Source: Chlorokybus atmophyticus
Lineage: Eukaryota; Plantae; Mesostigma and Chlorokybus algae
Direction: 5' to 3'
Length of the DNA stretch: 64,000 nucleotides
NCBI GenBank assembly: GCA_009103225.1
Contig: RHPI01001507.1
Span: 416,805-480,804, forward strand
Shown here: positions 1 through 11,490 of the stretch, one piece after another
How the letters are laid out: every line of letters begins with the position of its first letter
Position numbering within the stretch: the stretch's first letter is position 1
Notes under the pieces: model-generated
What the model was told of the DNA's origin: nothing
The model's database searches: none
What the model saw: only the letters and a program-made list of their open reading frames with translations
Program-made: the position numbers and the translations under genes

Positions 1-2192
1 AGGATCCAACACAAACCCAGCACACAATAAATCTGTCTTCATCATCTTCCAACGTGCATCGAAGCGGTCAAGGACTGCTTCCAGCAACGTCGTTGGTAGC
101 ACCGCAGCTTGCAGGGTCTCGCGGGCGCTGCTCATGCGCTGGTACAGCTTGCCTACATGCACACAATGATGTCAACGTTGTGTACTTATGCATACACAAT
201 TGCAGAATGTGTAATGTACTCACCCGTGGTTGGGTGATTGCCGTCGGTCAGGCGCAGCACTTTGATTAGCGGCTCAAGAGCTGCAATAATCTGCCCAACT
301 TGCTTTTAGAAATGTGAGGACAAAGCTATCTCTCTAGCTAACTCAGCACCTCGCCGATGTTCGCCGTGCTGTGCTGCCCATGATGACCATGCGTCGTCGA
401 CCACAGTCTTTGCCAAGTCGGCCTTCACCTCTAGAAGCCGTTGCAGCATGATGAAGGCGGAAGCGAAGCGCGTCTCACCAGGCTTGAGCAGCGTCGTTGT
501 TGTCTTAGACCTGCACATCAACATGCAACCAAGTAAGTCAAACAAAACACTCAATTACACAAGCAGACGGGCTGCCTCAAGCTACATACAACTCACCTGA
601 ATATGGCCAGACTCTTGTGATGGTTTGAGATGAAGTTAACAAAGAACTTTCCTTTCTTGATGCTTGTTGCGAAAAAGGGCATCTTGCCGATGTCTTCAAG
701 CAGCAAGTCTAGGACATGAGCTGCGCAAGGGCTCCAGCTCACATGCTTGTACTGCCTTGTGATGATGGCGCCAGCCGAGACACATGCACTGGCACTATCA
801 GTGACGACTTGCACGACAGTTTCTGCACCCACCTGCACAAACAAACACATTAGGAGACGCACATGCAGCCCTAACTTACACACGCACACACATGCAGCAA
901 AAACACACACGCACACGCATGCAGCAACAACACCAGTGCACACATGCAGCAAAATGCAGCCAGTACACACACACACACACATGTAGCCCTAACGTACACC
1001 CACACACGTGCAGCAAAATGCAGCCAATGACACACACCCATGCAGCAACATACACCCACACACGTGCAGCAAAATGCAGCCAATAGACACACACATGCAG
1101 CCCTAACATACACATACGCAGGTGCAGAAAAATGCAGCAAAAACACACACACATGCAGCCCTAACATACACATACGCGTGCAGAAAAATGCAGCAAACAC
1201 ACACACACACATGCACCCCTAACACACACATACGCGTGCAGAAAAATGCAACAAACACACACACACATGCAGCCCTAACACACACATACAAGTGCAGAAA
1301 AATGCAGCAAACACACACACACACATGCAGCCCTAACACACGCATACGCGTGCAGAAAAATGCAGCAAAAACACACACACAAATAGCAAAAACACACGCG
1401 CATGCATTAGGACTGGACGGATTAACTCACCAACTCAACGGCGTTGGCAATCTGCCTGGCTATGTACGCTGCCGACTTAGTTTCTCCTTCGGTGTTGACG
1501 GCGTCCAAGAACACTGCTCCATCAGGCGACACTTGCAACAAATTCAGCAATGGCCTACTATTCACATCAGTCCATCCATCACTAGTTATTGTACAGCCAG
1601 TCTTGCGCACATTGTTCCTGAATTTTATCAGCTTGTCATCAACGTCAGTCTTCACCCTCTTAAGCAAGGTTGTGTGCAGTGCATTGTATGACGGTACTGT
1701 GTAAGAAGGTCCAAATCTAGCAACAGCCCGCATCGCAAACTTGAACAAGGGACTGCGCACTAGAGTGAAAGGCAGGCCTTGCCCATAAAACATGCGTGCT
1801 ACAGCCTCATCAGTGCGCACTTTACTGGCACGGTCGAATGCCTGAATGATGCGTGGAGTTTTGGTGGTTTCAGTGGTGAGGTCGACGGTGGCACTCTGTT
1901 GATTGAAAACATCACCAATGGTGCGCTTTTTCTGTGTTGCTTGCAGGACAGCAATTGAAGCTTCTTCAACCTCCAAAAAATGAGCACGCAAATCTTCTGG
2001 TACGGTCATGCATGCAGCCACACCGACACCTATCTTGCCAGTCAGGTGCGCACGAATTCTCGTGACACCTCCTTGAGACTTCTTCTTGCAGTAGACACAT
2101 TCGACCTTAGACTGATTTGTTGTCTTGCTGCTTGACTCGCCTAACTCTTTGACATGACGCCACTCATTAGCTTGTCTCTTGCCCGAGGCCAT
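1..2192 (-). pseudogene. Spliced hAT transposase with an in-frame stop
   Basis: Exons 2192-1431, 832-597, 510-224 and 152-<1 join in frame through GT-AG introns (1430-833, 596-511, 223-153). A TAA at 308-306 replaces the Trp expected in the F-W motif before KQVGQIIAALEPLIKVLRLTDG. Confidence 0.85.
865..1400. repeat. Intronic minisatellite, unit about 60-65 bp, about 8 copies
   Basis: Recurring unit GCAGCCCTAACA(T/C)ACACA...TGCAGAAAAATGCAGCAAACACACACACAT inside hAT intron 1430-833. It generates the spurious Cys/Val/His/Thr ORFs in the track. Confidence 0.9.
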
Positions 2193-3501
2193 GTCCTGCA
2201 GCAGGACCATTGCCTTAGGCAAAAGACAAGCAGCTAGCAACCAACAACCAACACACCCACACATGTGAGAGAAGGTTGCATTTGTAACAAGACACGCTAA
2301 CCTGAAGCGCCTCTCACGCCGCTGACGCCGCCCACGTCTCGCCCCTGCTCCTGCCGCCTGCCCTAACCCTGCCGCCGCTGCCAGAACAGAGCAGAGCCGC
2401 CGCCAGAACAGACCAGAGGCCTGCTGCACGCGCGAGGGTTTCACGAAAATTTTCTAAGGTAAAAAACCCTAATAAATACGCCAAATACGCGTACCAAATA
2501 CTGCTGGCTGTTGGTACGCGTATAATACGGTATCAGAAATCCTCTGATGCCGTATCGTGCTACTATGGCTTTACTTGCGAAAGGCGTCTGGCGTCGTGAC
2601 TGATGGGTTCTGTTCTGGCAAACGGCAAATTGTTATACATTTTTACGGCATGTTGTCGACCGTCGTGCTGCCCCGCCCTGAGCGCGTCGCAGCTGCGTCG
2701 TCGCTTGCTAAGGAAGGTGCGCGATTGAGTTTCAGCCCAAGACTCTTGAGCATTAGTGGCAGGGATCTTTGCACTATGCTGGCCCCCGTAAGTATGCTAG
2801 GCTAGCTTTGCTGGTGGTTCTTGTACTGTTGAATGCAAGATTGGCTTTGTGTTGTGTCTTGAACTACTGGCCCCTTTGCTATATTGCATGCAACGTGCAC
2901 AGTACATAAGGTGCATGAGTTTGTGTGCTTGTGCATGTGTTAACGTGGTATCATCTACTTAGCAAGTGCACTTCTATCCGCTTTATAAACACACGCCCTT
3001 ACCTAATTGCGCGCGCGCGTTTGTGTATCATGTATCATGTATTGCGGCAATGTGAACTTCTGATGTGAATACATCACATGACATGTACACTCGCGCGCGT
3101 AACTCACAACCCCGCTCGCTCTGCTGATGGCGTATGCGGCGCACCCAAGTTGTCTCTCGGATAGGGTTGTACGGCACAACCCCTTTATTCGAGAGTCAGT
3201 CAGTCTGCAGTTTGTCAAACTGCAGATTGAGTCAGACTTGGAGCATGTGCGGTACAATTGACTCCGCGCAGCACGTGGGGGGGTCAGCGGCCAGGGTCTT
3301 GGCGGTGGCGGCGGCGGCATCCCCGGGGAGGCGGGGCGTCGGGGAGCGGGGGCGAAAGGAGTGAGGGGGAAGTGTCACAGCTCCTGTCCACAGCTCGTTC
3401 ATAGCTGGTCAGCTCGGGTTGGTGCTTGTGTGCGATGCAATGTACGTTCACCAACAGCAGCTGGGAGGCGGGAGAGGGCGGGGAGGGGACAACGGGGGGG
3501 C

Positions 3502-3888
3502 NNNNNNNNNNNNNNNNNNNNNNNNNNNNNNNNNNNNNNNNNNNNNNNNNNNNNNNNNNNNNNNNNNNNNNNNNNNNNNNNNNNNNNNNNNNNNNNNNNN
3601 NNNNNNNNNNNNNNNNNNNNNNNNNNNNNNNNNNNNNNNNNNNNNNNNNNNNNNNNNNNNNNNNNNNNNNNNNNNNNNNNNNNNNNNNNNNNNNNNNNNN
3701 NNNNNNNNNNNNNNNNNNNNNNNNNNNNNNNNNNNNNNNNNNNNNNNNNNNNNNNNNNNNNNNNNNNNNNNNNNNNNNNNNNNNNNNNNNNNNNNNNNNN
3801 NNNNNNNNNNNNNNNNNNNNNNNNNNNNNNNNNNNNNNNNNNNNNNNNNNNNNNNNNNNNNNNNNNNNNNNNNNNNNNNNNNNNNNNN
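3502..3888. other. Assembly gap (387 N) flanked by G-rich sequence
   Basis: Run of N seen directly. Confidence 1.
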
Positions 3889-4818
3889 GGGGGGCATTGA
3901 CGCAGCAGCTTATAAAGCATAAAGCATTCTTGTGTGCACACACACCTCTTGTCGTTTGGCATGTTGAGTAGCATGCTGGGTGGGTAAGGTGGATTAGTCA
4001 AGCTAGCTTAACGCACATAGGCTGGCTGGTGGCATGATCGGCGTATGAGGTATGTACTTCACATGACTAAACAACACCTTTCCAGTGCTTGTACAAACAA
4101 CATAGCGCAGTGTGAAATTCTTAAGAACCACAGCCAGGTGTTGTTGGTTACTGTTGCCTAAGGGTATGTGTTTGTTGTGCGTCAACAACACGCATGGTCA
4201 ACGTGAAAGAAACAGTATGGATGTGAATGCGTGCAGCGTGTTGTGGTGTTATGTTAGGTCACAGTGATTGGATGCAAGGACGACAGCTGCAGCAGACAAC
4301 ATGCACCAACCCTTAACGTGCACGCACTGTGATTACTGCATTTCGCCAAATGCAGCATTGCTTGCCAGTTGTGCGTGGTTACGTGTTGCGCTCCTCACTT
4401 GTTGTTGTTGTTGCTGTTGCAGTTGCTGACGCCGCCGCTGCTGTCTTCGTTGTTGTTGAGCGTGTGGAGAAGTAGAGAAAGGCATGTTCGCATACATGCA
4501 CGCTGTGCATGCCGTTGCTGTGTATGTGACAGAAAAACTACAACCTCAGCTGCAGACAACAGCAACGCAAACTCTTCAACGCACGCACGCACACATTCAC
4601 GCGAGCACACAGCTGTCTGCGTTCTGCCAGCATGCAGTGCGTGGGTGTTTTTGCTAGCATTCATATCGCACGTGCCCCTTGCTTGCCTGTCTGCATATGC
4701 TGTGTTGCTGTTTTTAATCTATAGAATGCAAAGGACACTTGCATAAAGGTGTAAGGCGCGTTCATATTTCAATTCTGCAGATCTGCAGGCTGTTTCTCAC
4801 TTGCCAAGCTTCCCGAAC

Positions 4819-7179
4819 ATGCTTGTCATGGGCGGTACAGCTGATGCGACGAGGAACAACTTGTCAGCAGTGGTGGCCTGCGTGGCGCGGGCGGTTGCCG
4901 GTGATGCCGGTACATGCGGTGGGGGGTTGGGTATGGCAGCGTGTGTTGCCCGCATGGTGCTTGGGTTGGGCGACTTGGCATTGAAGGCGCACGCTGCGCA
5001 CAAGCGAGGAGACACTGCCGAGGAGAAGTATCAGCTGCTTGACGAGCGCCTCCAAGCGGTGCGGACGGAGTTTGTGGAAGGAGTTGTTTCGCTGCAGACG
5101 TTCCTCGACCAACAACCATCGGAGGACGAAGTGCGCAAGGATGCGAACAACCGCTTAGAGGAGCTACAGCGCTCTGCGCAGGACACGGCAGCTGATGACA
5201 AGATGTGGCAGTTGCAGCAATCAATCAATTCTGTCTGCCATCAGTTTGTAGAGTTCCTACAGGCCAGCGAGGCGCTACGTCAAAGCATGGCCGGTGCCAT
5301 GCTGATGGAGAGCCAGAAGGTGGCTGCACATGCACTTCAGCACGCCAGCACGCTACAGTATCCGGACGGACTTCCCTTCGTCATGATGCGGGTCACCGTG
5401 ACGGTCATGCAGGCGGCAACCCTGGAGCTGTGCGGTACGGCAAAGGAGTGCAAGGACAAGCTTGAACGAGCCATTGACATGATCAAGTGCGAGGCATCGG
5501 CCATTCAGCAGGTGTTGGTGGCAGATGCCTATATAAGTGTGCACCACCATTGGGCCGTTCTGGCCTGGCTTTCCGCACTCGGAAGGCACCTCACGGGTAA
5601 GGCGCCTATACTGATTAAGTGCTGCAGGCAGGCACAGGCTGTACGCGTGCTTTGAGCCAAACCTACGAGAATACGCGGTTGCACATGTGCATGTGTGCGC
5701 GTGGGCACGTGAGTGTTTGTGCGGCACTGGGCGTTTGAGGGCGCATATAAGGCTCCTGCACGCGCACGTCAGCACGTGCAGTCTTTGTGGCTAATTTTGC
5801 TTGTGTGGTGGCCTTCGACAGAGTTTCACCGTGGTGAGCGCCCTGATGCTTCACCAAGCCCCAAGAGAAGCGGCTCTCTCGAAGAGCTTCTTGGGCAGCA
5901 ACCAACCACAGCTGGCGAGCACTTGACAAGCTGCGATGCAGCAGCGCAACGAGTGCACGCTATGTTTGACTGGATTCCCGTGCCGGATCTGGAGGGTCCT
6001 GATGCGCTCATTGCTCAGATGGTGCGTTTGCTGAGCCATGGGTCGCCGTCTGCCGTGGCGATGGCGGCCGCAGGTCTTGAGGCCTTGGCACTCAATCCAC
6101 ATGGCATGGAAGTCTTGGCTTTGGCAGGGGAGTCCGTGCTGCAGCCTCTGCAGAGCTACATTGTCAAGTCGGGGCAGCCTGCTGATTGCCACGCCTCCGT
6201 GGCCTGCTGCCTGATGAAGATGGGCTCATGGCGGTGCTCACTGGAGTGGAAAGGCCTCCAAGACTGGGTCCAATCAGTGGCATGGAGCCCAGACGGTCAA
6301 ACATTGGCCACTGCGGATTCTCTTACCGCCGCCCTGTGGAACGCAGCCACGGGTGAGCGCATGCACCAGTTCACATTAGATGACCTTTATGTGCAGTCCG
6401 TCAGGTACAGTCCAGATGGGAGCAGGCTTGCCATTGGAGCAATGAAAGACGAAGACGAAGACGACACTGAAAGTTTTGCAATCCACATCATGGATGTGGC
6501 GTCAAGAAAGAATGTGCAAAATGTTGCCTCTAAAGGCCCATGGATGGCGTGGAGTCCAGACGGAAGCAAGATAGCGACAGTGTCTCCAGATGTTGACTCG
6601 GCAGTATGCATATGGGATGCTACAACAGGAGTGGCCACAGGCGTCAGCCTGGTTGGCCATAAATCTGCTGTTAACTGCGTTTCTTGGAGCCCGGGCGGTC
6701 AACGCCTGGCCACCAGCTCTCATGATAAGACAGCAGCGGTGTGGAGCGCGCAAGACGGGCAGTGCCTTATTGAATTGACAGGTCATACGAAGCAAGTTAA
6801 GAGAATTGCATGGAGCCCTGACGGGTGCAGGTTGGCTACTGGGTCAGGTGACTGCACTGTGGCAGTATGGGACGCAGAATCAGGCCAGCGCATAGCTGAA
6901 ATGAGGCATAACCTTTGGGTTAATGGAGTAGCTTGGAGCCCCGTCGGTTGGTGGATAGCGACGGCGTCACATGACAGGACAGCAAAGGTGTGGCATGCGC
7001 GCACCGGGCAGCAGCTCAGCATGCTGGAGCACGAAGATCGTGCGCGTTGCGTGGCTTGGAGTCCAGATGGGCGCAAGCTGGCAACTGGTTGGGGAATTTG
7101 GATAAGTCAGCCAGGACTTGGGAGAGGTTATTGCATGTCAGATGTGGTCGTTTGTACGTCCCTGCATTTCTGTTGGTGA
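4819..7179 (+). CDS. Helical N-terminal domain + ARM-like segment + seven-repeat WD40 protein (about 711 aa, two exons)
   Basis: Exon 4819-5596 and exon 5822-7179 join in frame across a phase-1 GT-AG intron 5597-5821 (ACG G|AG TTT). Seven WD40 repeats carry W/Y-SP(D/G/V)G motifs, several with GH...W(D). The ARM-like helix is LIAQMVRLLSHGSPSAVAMAAAGLEALA. An acceptor at 4788 suggests a possible upstream exon, so the start is uncertain. Confidence 0.85.
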
Positions 7180-8400
7180 TTGTGGACAATGATGGCTGTG
7201 GTCTGCAGGAGCTGACAAGAGAGCAACGCAGTGAACCAGCATCTTGGCATGCAATTCAAGCGTGAGTGGACAGGCCGTTGCGAGTGGTGGAGATAACATC
7301 AGTAAGCAGTAAGATGTCCAAGCCAGTGCGTTAGTTTTTGCATGTTGCAGACGTTGCGAGAATCTATACACACCAGCATGGTGCCTCTTTGAATATTGTG
7401 TCTGCAACTTGTTGGCATGTTGAGTTGTGTGCCGTTCTCAAACAAACTGAACATTGCACTTAGTGCGCTCTTGCGAACACTGTCCTTGTGTAGATGCGTG
7501 ACCTTGAGCGTGGTTGCGTTTGTGCAAGGCAGGTATATTGTATCATATGAGTCAGGAGAAGCAGTTCCAGCGCAACCGTTCTGTACTGGCTTTCATTGGC
7601 TACGAACCCTTTGGGGCACTAGCTTCTGCGCAACAAGGAGTTGGCTCATTGCAAGTCCGCCTTCCTTCTGACTACGCCACCGTGGGCGCCATTGCCCGAC
7701 GATGGCATCGTTGGCACAAGTCGATGCCACTTGCTGCTGCAGCTACGACATGCAAGTTCCTAGCACGAGCAACCACTTTTCAATTGTATGGATGGCTGGT
7801 GTGGTTGTCGCATTTGCTTGATGTTCTTGTCTGCAGGTGTGTGTCATGCATGTCTACAACTACAGCGCGCACTCTGTACGCATACGCGTGCACACAATAT
7901 GCATGATAGGCAATGGTGCTGGACCTGCTTGTGCAAAAAAGAAAGGTGTTCAAGTTACTGTGCACATGTGGGCATGAGACAAGTGTGCATCCGCAAGTGG
8001 TGATGAACAAAAACAGCATTTGCTACCTATATGTGCAACCACTCCGGTCTGATCTACAATGTACCACATTAGTAGTGGCACTTACTTTGTTGTAACTATC
8101 ATCCCTGTTTCAAGACAGCGCCAACCTGAACAACAGCCTATTCATTTACTATCGTTCGGGCCATACTACTGTTGCTTAAGAGTGCATGGCAAGAAAACCT
8201 TCTTTGACATGTAACGCCGTTATGGCATGTGACAGATGTTGTGTACGCTCTTGTCACACATGTGCCATGCGCCCTATGCCAACGAAAGCATCAGTAGATT
8301 TCGCCAACAATGGCGATCGGGCTGCGGCAAAACAGCCCGAAATTGGTCTAGATCTAGTCGCGCCTAAGGGGTCATTACGGCCCCCACCTTTATAGCCTGT

Positions 8401-9171
8401 GCGGTGACACCGTGGGGCCACGTGCAGGGCAACTTCACACCGGTTGAGCTGGAGCTGTCCCCGGCAGTCAAGGAAGGGCTGGCGTATGTTGCCGTGATCA
8501 TAGAGGCAGCTCGCCGCTTCCCAAACCTGCGGCACACAACCGTCATGCTTGAAGGGGACTGTCAACCAGCCCTACAAGCTCTCTCCAAGCTAGTCTCCCC
8601 TTCGCCTTACCTAAGAGCCCTGCTCTATAAGCTGTGGGGAGTGCTCTGGGCTAGGGATCTCCACTTGCGTTGCTCGTGGCAGCCGCGCGAGCGGCTGCAG
8701 TTGGAAGACTGGCTCTCCAAAACCGCGGATGCGGGCGATTGGGCCCTGCGCACAACAACGCGTGATCAAGTGATAGCGCGATGGGGTGCACCGACTGTAG
8801 ACATGTTTGCTTCGGAGGTCAATACCGTTGCTCCCGCCTTCTTCTCCGCTTGTAACAGCCCGAGCTCGAGTGGCAACGCTCTCACCTCCGGTTGGGACTG
8901 CGCCCCGCGCGGCCTCTTGTGGGTCCTTCCGCCCTTGGTGCTGCTGGGCACGGCAGTACGGTTGGTTGCGCACGCTCGATGTGATTGCGTGTTGGTTGTG
9001 CCTCAATGGACACAGAAACCTTGGTGGCCACAAGTTCTGGGGCTACCTATTCATGAGTCTATGCTACTTCATGCACACCCAGCTCTGTTTGTGAGGGGTA
9101 GGAGAGTGCCTGCGCACATCCCTAGCCCGGGCAAATACCCGCATGTGGCATTCTATATAGTGTTCACCTGA
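8401..9171 (+). mobile_element. DIRS-type RNase H (N-terminally broken) + Dam-like N6-adenine methyltransferase domain
   Basis: The RNase H motifs are GDCQPAL and WQPRERLQLEDWLSK. The MT motifs are PTVDMFAS, NALTSGW, LLWVLPP and LVVPQWTQKPWW, which is the typical DIRS RH-MT order. The frame is open for 256 codons. Confidence 0.85.
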
Positions 9172-9974
9172 TTAGACGGGCACAAGTAGTGCCGCACCAT
9201 GACCTCAGTCCGCCACAAACCCTGTTGTTGTAGCTCTGCCATGGTCATGCCTTGTTTTTGGCCGTGTTGCACACCATCTCGCCTGAAACTATGCAGCGTC
9301 ACATGTGGCTTGTCAATGCCGCTAGCCAACAGGTGCTTGCGTAACGCCTTGTTAGCCGCGGCAGTTTGTAGAGGTCCGCCCAGCCACTTTCTTTTGCTTT
9401 GATGCATGCCACGGAACAAATAGCCCGTGCCAAGCTCCATGTTGTGCTGACGCGCACACTCTACAAACTGCCCCATCTCCTGATGCATGTCAAAAACAAT
9501 GCCACCATGTGTGAGTGGGGTAGCCGGGGGCAACATGTCCTTCCGGTTCTTTAGCACCCCTGTGCGGACTTGTAAGCCCACTTCTGTTTGCTTTAGTTGG
9601 TGCAATTGCAGCTGGCACGCTTCACCGCCCCTCTGCCAACTACACCACAAGTATCGGGACAGCAATCGGTCCCGCATAGGAAGCAACACTTCGGGCCCGC
9701 TTGTAGCCTGTACTTGTGCGTCCAAGTGCGTTGACAGCGTGCGAACGTCGCTCACTATAAAAGGCTCAGCTTGATGAGGCTGTACACCAGCCTTGACAAC
9801 CCCTCGCTGATACGCCTTTACATACTCAATAACTTCGGGTGCTCGGCAAGGATTTCCACTTGCCATGATGCTGTCCCATGCGCTGCCCCTCCCGATTCTG
9901 GCAAAGCCGTTGGTCAAGCTGGTCAGCATGTTCCGAAGGGACTTGGCAGCTAATTGTTGTCTGCCAGACCCCAG
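9153..9974 (-). mobile_element. Tyrosine recombinase (N-terminus missing), fused in frame to the upstream RT
   Basis: Catalytic set R (MRDRLL), K (VLKNRK), HxxR (HSFRR), W (GLWRT) and Y (VRHYL). The GNPC...V..Y.K.Y segment resembles the core-binding region of retroelement YRs. Confidence 0.9.
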
Positions 9975-10757
9975 ACCCCAGCCCTTCTCTCCTGATGCAT
10001 CTGCGCGCAGCAGAATGGAGCTAGGCGGTTTCCACCAAGCGCTGGCTGTGTACATCCGCATGGCTGATCGCAACCACGCAATGAACTCTTTTGTAATGGC
10101 CGGCGCTGCAAACGGTGCTTCCCAAGTGTTGGCGTAGTTTACTACTTCCATGAGCGACCTAGCAAATAGCAGCACGGGAGGAACGGCCAGGCGTAGGCTG
10201 ATTAGCTTGCCTGCTATGCGCGCCAGCACTTTGTTGGTGAGCGTTGGGCGCGCCAGCGTGTCCTCAAGCAGCGTGTCAAGGTCCTCAAGCTTGGCTTCGG
10301 GCACCGAGAACGCGCCCACTTGCGAGTCCACAATGAGCCCCAGCAGCTGCAAGCGCATGGTGGGGAAAGCATTGCACTTAGACAGTCCAAAGAACTCGCG
10401 CAGTGCCGCACAGAGCTGCATGATCAGCTCAATACGCCATAGTAGATGCCCTTGGTTGCGATGCGCCGTGTGCATGTCATCTATGTAGCTGAGGGTGCCA
10501 ATGCCCGCACTTCGCAATGGCTTGTGGATGACAAGCTGCACCATTGTAAATGCATAGCATGCTTGATTCAGTCCAAAGGGGAGCACGTTCCATCTGAACA
10601 CCTGACCTTCAAAGGCCACGCACAAGTAATTGGTGTCACGTGCGCGGATGGGAATGTGGTGGTATCCGCTTTTCAAGTCAAAGCTTGCTTGCCATGCTCC
10701 TACTTTGGTGTAGTGTAACACGTCCCTTAAGCGCTCGTAGTGGAAAGGTATGTGTGC
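9975..10757 (-). mobile_element. DIRS-type reverse transcriptase plus the first RNase H motif, 5'-truncated
   Basis: FDLKSGYHHI, WNVLPFGL, YIDD and LQLLGLIVDS, ending at LLRADASGEKGWG (RNase H motif 1). Confidence 0.92.
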
Positions 10758-10776
10758 GAGAGAGAGAGAGAGAGAG

Positions 10777-11490
10777 GTACCAGGAACCAACTTCTGCATC
10801 TGAACATCAATGAACCAAGGTCAGTGTATGCCTTACGACAACATACGTTAACACCCCACCCATGCGCACGCCCACGCACATGTGCACACGTGCACGTGCA
10901 CACACCTCCCGTATTTGGCAGTCAAGCTCTTCAACGTTGCGGGACATTGACTTGTCATGCCTGTTGTGATCATGCACTGAACACGATGCGAAGACAGAGA
11001 CCATCCCGCCCAGAATTGCCGCGCAGCTTGCTGCTCACCCTCTGACCACCGGGGCAAGTGAGGCCTTCCTACTCGTCTCACTGGCAGCTGGCAAGCATTT
11101 AATAAGAGAGGGAAGCAGATGAAGCGCTTGTTGAGTAAATAGCGGTCACTGCTGTCATAACCCTCAAGATCGAGAGTGGCGCTACATGCGGCGTGAAGTT
11201 GTGACGAACATGTGCCCTGTGACTGCCTGCAAATGTTTCTGCGAGCAGTGGCAATGTCAGCTGAATAGTGCAGCAAACCTTACTTGTGCAAAGTCGGGTA
11301 ACGCTGAGGTGCACTGACTCTGTTTGTGGAGAATTCCTTGACGGGTGCGTGCTGCAAGGTCACCACGGATTGCACTGTTACACAGTCACTTGAGTACTTG
11401 CAAGAGACGGCAACAGCTTCAACAGGCAACGGATTAGTTGGATGCTTTACCAGCCATGCCTGTTGGAGCAAGGCATGCTGCATGCTGCAT
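10777..11490 (-). pseudogene. mTERF-like paralog a (truncated; close paralog of copy d)
   Basis: Near-colinear with 20800-21530. The splice donor after ...AGTGACC is deleted, there is a 1-nt deletion in GACAA(A)GTCA, and the last exon is cut off at a (GA)n tract (10758-10776). Confidence 0.8.

Larger units (their letters stand above)
1..2546 (-). mobile_element. hAT-superfamily DNA transposon, 5' part (continues left of the window)
   Basis: The transposase has a BED-type finger (CVYC...IRAHL) and DUF659-type motifs GCTITSDGWTD, VVQVVTDSA, WSPCAAHVLDLLLEDIG and LLKPGETRFAS. The putative terminus reads CAGAGGATTTCTGATACCG on the minus strand, ending at 2546, with repeated TACGCGTA subterminal motifs. 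The other terminus and the TSD are outside the window. Confidence 0.8.

Noticed and set aside
865-1400. Regular repeat array resembling a CRISPR array
   Set aside because: There are no unique spacers. It is a CA-rich minisatellite inside a spliceosomal intron of a eukaryotic transposase, with no cas genes.
3040-3240. Hammerhead ribozyme of a Penelope-like element
   Set aside because: The CUGANGA and GAAA core is not present (CTGATGT/CTGATGG only).
3284-4001. Long ORFs spanning the N run
   Set aside because: They are artefacts of translating N as X.
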